A DNA stretch of 15,360 bases, taken from Arcobacter sp. (GTDB lineage: Bacteria > Campylobacterota > Campylobacteria > Campylobacterales > Arcobacteraceae). A program made the translations under genes and the position numbers. The notes under the pieces were generated by a model. The model did no database searches, had not been told where the DNA came from, and saw nothing but the letters and a program-made list of their open reading frames with translations. Position 1 is the first letter of the stretch, and every line of letters begins with the position of its first letter. The stretch spans positions 1 through 15,360 of the forward strand of contig CBFIGT010000055.1 of assembly GCA_965662175.1 (NCBI GenBank). Direction: 5' to 3'. This document shows, piece after piece, positions 14,532 through 15,360 of this stretch.

Positions 14532-15319
14532 GAAACAACTTTGAAGAGGATATCTCTTTGATTTTGGAAAGTGATAAGTTATTTGAACTTGAGTTACTAA
14601 AACAAACATATAATGTTTTTCCTCAATACTGTTTTGCTGCTTATGAAAATGGAAAAATAGTAGGTGTAATAAGTGCTTATAGCTTCAACAAACATATATT
14701 TATAAATGTAATAAAAGCTTTGGATTCCCATCAAGATGTTTTGACAAGACTTATAAAACTATTAGTTCAAAATGTTTCTAGTATGAATATTTTTGTATTG
14801 ATTGAACAAAAGTTAAGTTCATATTTTGAGGCATTTAAATTCCAAGAGCACTCTAAATTTATTAGATTTATGCATAGTGGAGAGGCAGTTGCTTTTAATT
14901 TCTCTAATTCAACTGCAAAACAGGTCAATGGAGAAAATTATGAGGATATCTCTAAAAAAATAGATAAAGAGGTCTTTTTAGATGATAGGGAAGAGTATAT
15001 AAAAAATGATTGTACTTTTTCTAACTCTTTAAAACTATCTACTACAAGTGGATTTTTACACTCTTATGTTGTAAATAAAAGATATATAAGAGTTTCACCT
15101 TGGCTTATGCAAAGTGAATCTTATTTGGATGCTGAAAAACTTCTTCGAGGAGTTTTATATTATAGAGGATTAAAAAAGATTTTTGGATATGCGCCCAAAG
15201 AGATAAAAGAGATAAGTGAGTTATATGAGAGTTATAAGTTTAAAAAAGATGAGGTTTTTAGCCTGCTTTATTTAGGGGAAAAACCAGAACTTAAACTTGA
15301 AAATCTATATGCAATTTAA
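14513..15319 (+). CDS. Hypothetical protein, probable degenerate two-domain GNAT-like fold
   Basis: FPQYCFAAYENGKIVGVISAYSF resembles GNAT beta2-beta3; C-terminal D..VF..DR and 'SPW...AEKLL' resemble YitH-type second domains. No R/Q-x-x-G-x-G motif seen. Overlaps the nifV end by 19 bp. Confidence 0.6.
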   Translation: MFVGYLRNNFEEDISLILESDKLFELELLKQTYNVFPQYCFAAYENGKIVGVISAYSFNKHIFINVIKALDSHQDVLTRLIKLLVQNVSSMNIFVLIEQKLSSYFEAFKFQEHSKFIRFMHSGEAVAFNFSNSTAKQVNGENYEDISKKIDKEVFLDDREEYIKNDCTFSNSLKLSTTSGFLHSYVVNKRYIRVSPWLMQSESYLDAEKLLRGVLYYRGLKKIFGYAPKEIKEISELYESYKFKKDEVFSLLYLGEKPELKLENLYAI

Positions 15320-15331
15320 AAGGAGATAGAG

Positions 15332-15360
15332 ATGGCATTAAGTGAAGAAGAAAAAGAGTT
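15332..15360 (+). CDS. Start of next gene (MALSEEEKE...), truncated by window
   Basis: RBS AAGGAG upstream of ATG 15332; frame open to the window end. Confidence 0.6.

Overview
AT-rich bacterial DNA (roughly 30% GC by eye). Gene content, protein style and GGAA-type sigma54 promoters suggest Campylobacterota, probably Arcobacteraceae (inference). The window is part of a nitrogen-fixation region. From left to right: (1) the 3' end of a RecG-C/HATPase-like gene with a 21-bp coding tandem repeat; (2) a stand-alone nifE-like gene with no nifN; (3) a divergent operon of a Cys-tailed NifX-fold protein, a HicB-like/Sel1/NifU-C fusion, NifX and a flavodiiron protein; (4) an apparently non-nif block of response regulator, sensor kinase, DASS carboxylate transporter, LysR and MFS; (5) a 61-aa unknown ORF divergent from nifB; (6) nifB, nifV, a degenerate GNAT-like protein and the start of another gene. 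Five GG-N10-GC sigma54 promoters (consensus KGGAAY-N5-KTGCAT) can be read directly. Four form two back-to-back divergent pairs spaced 10 and 21 bp apart, with no canonical NifA enhancer between them. The best candidates for an undescribed system are the orphan nifE plus its divergent operon (especially the HicB-Sel1-Nfu fusion) and the sigma54-driven 61-aa protein.
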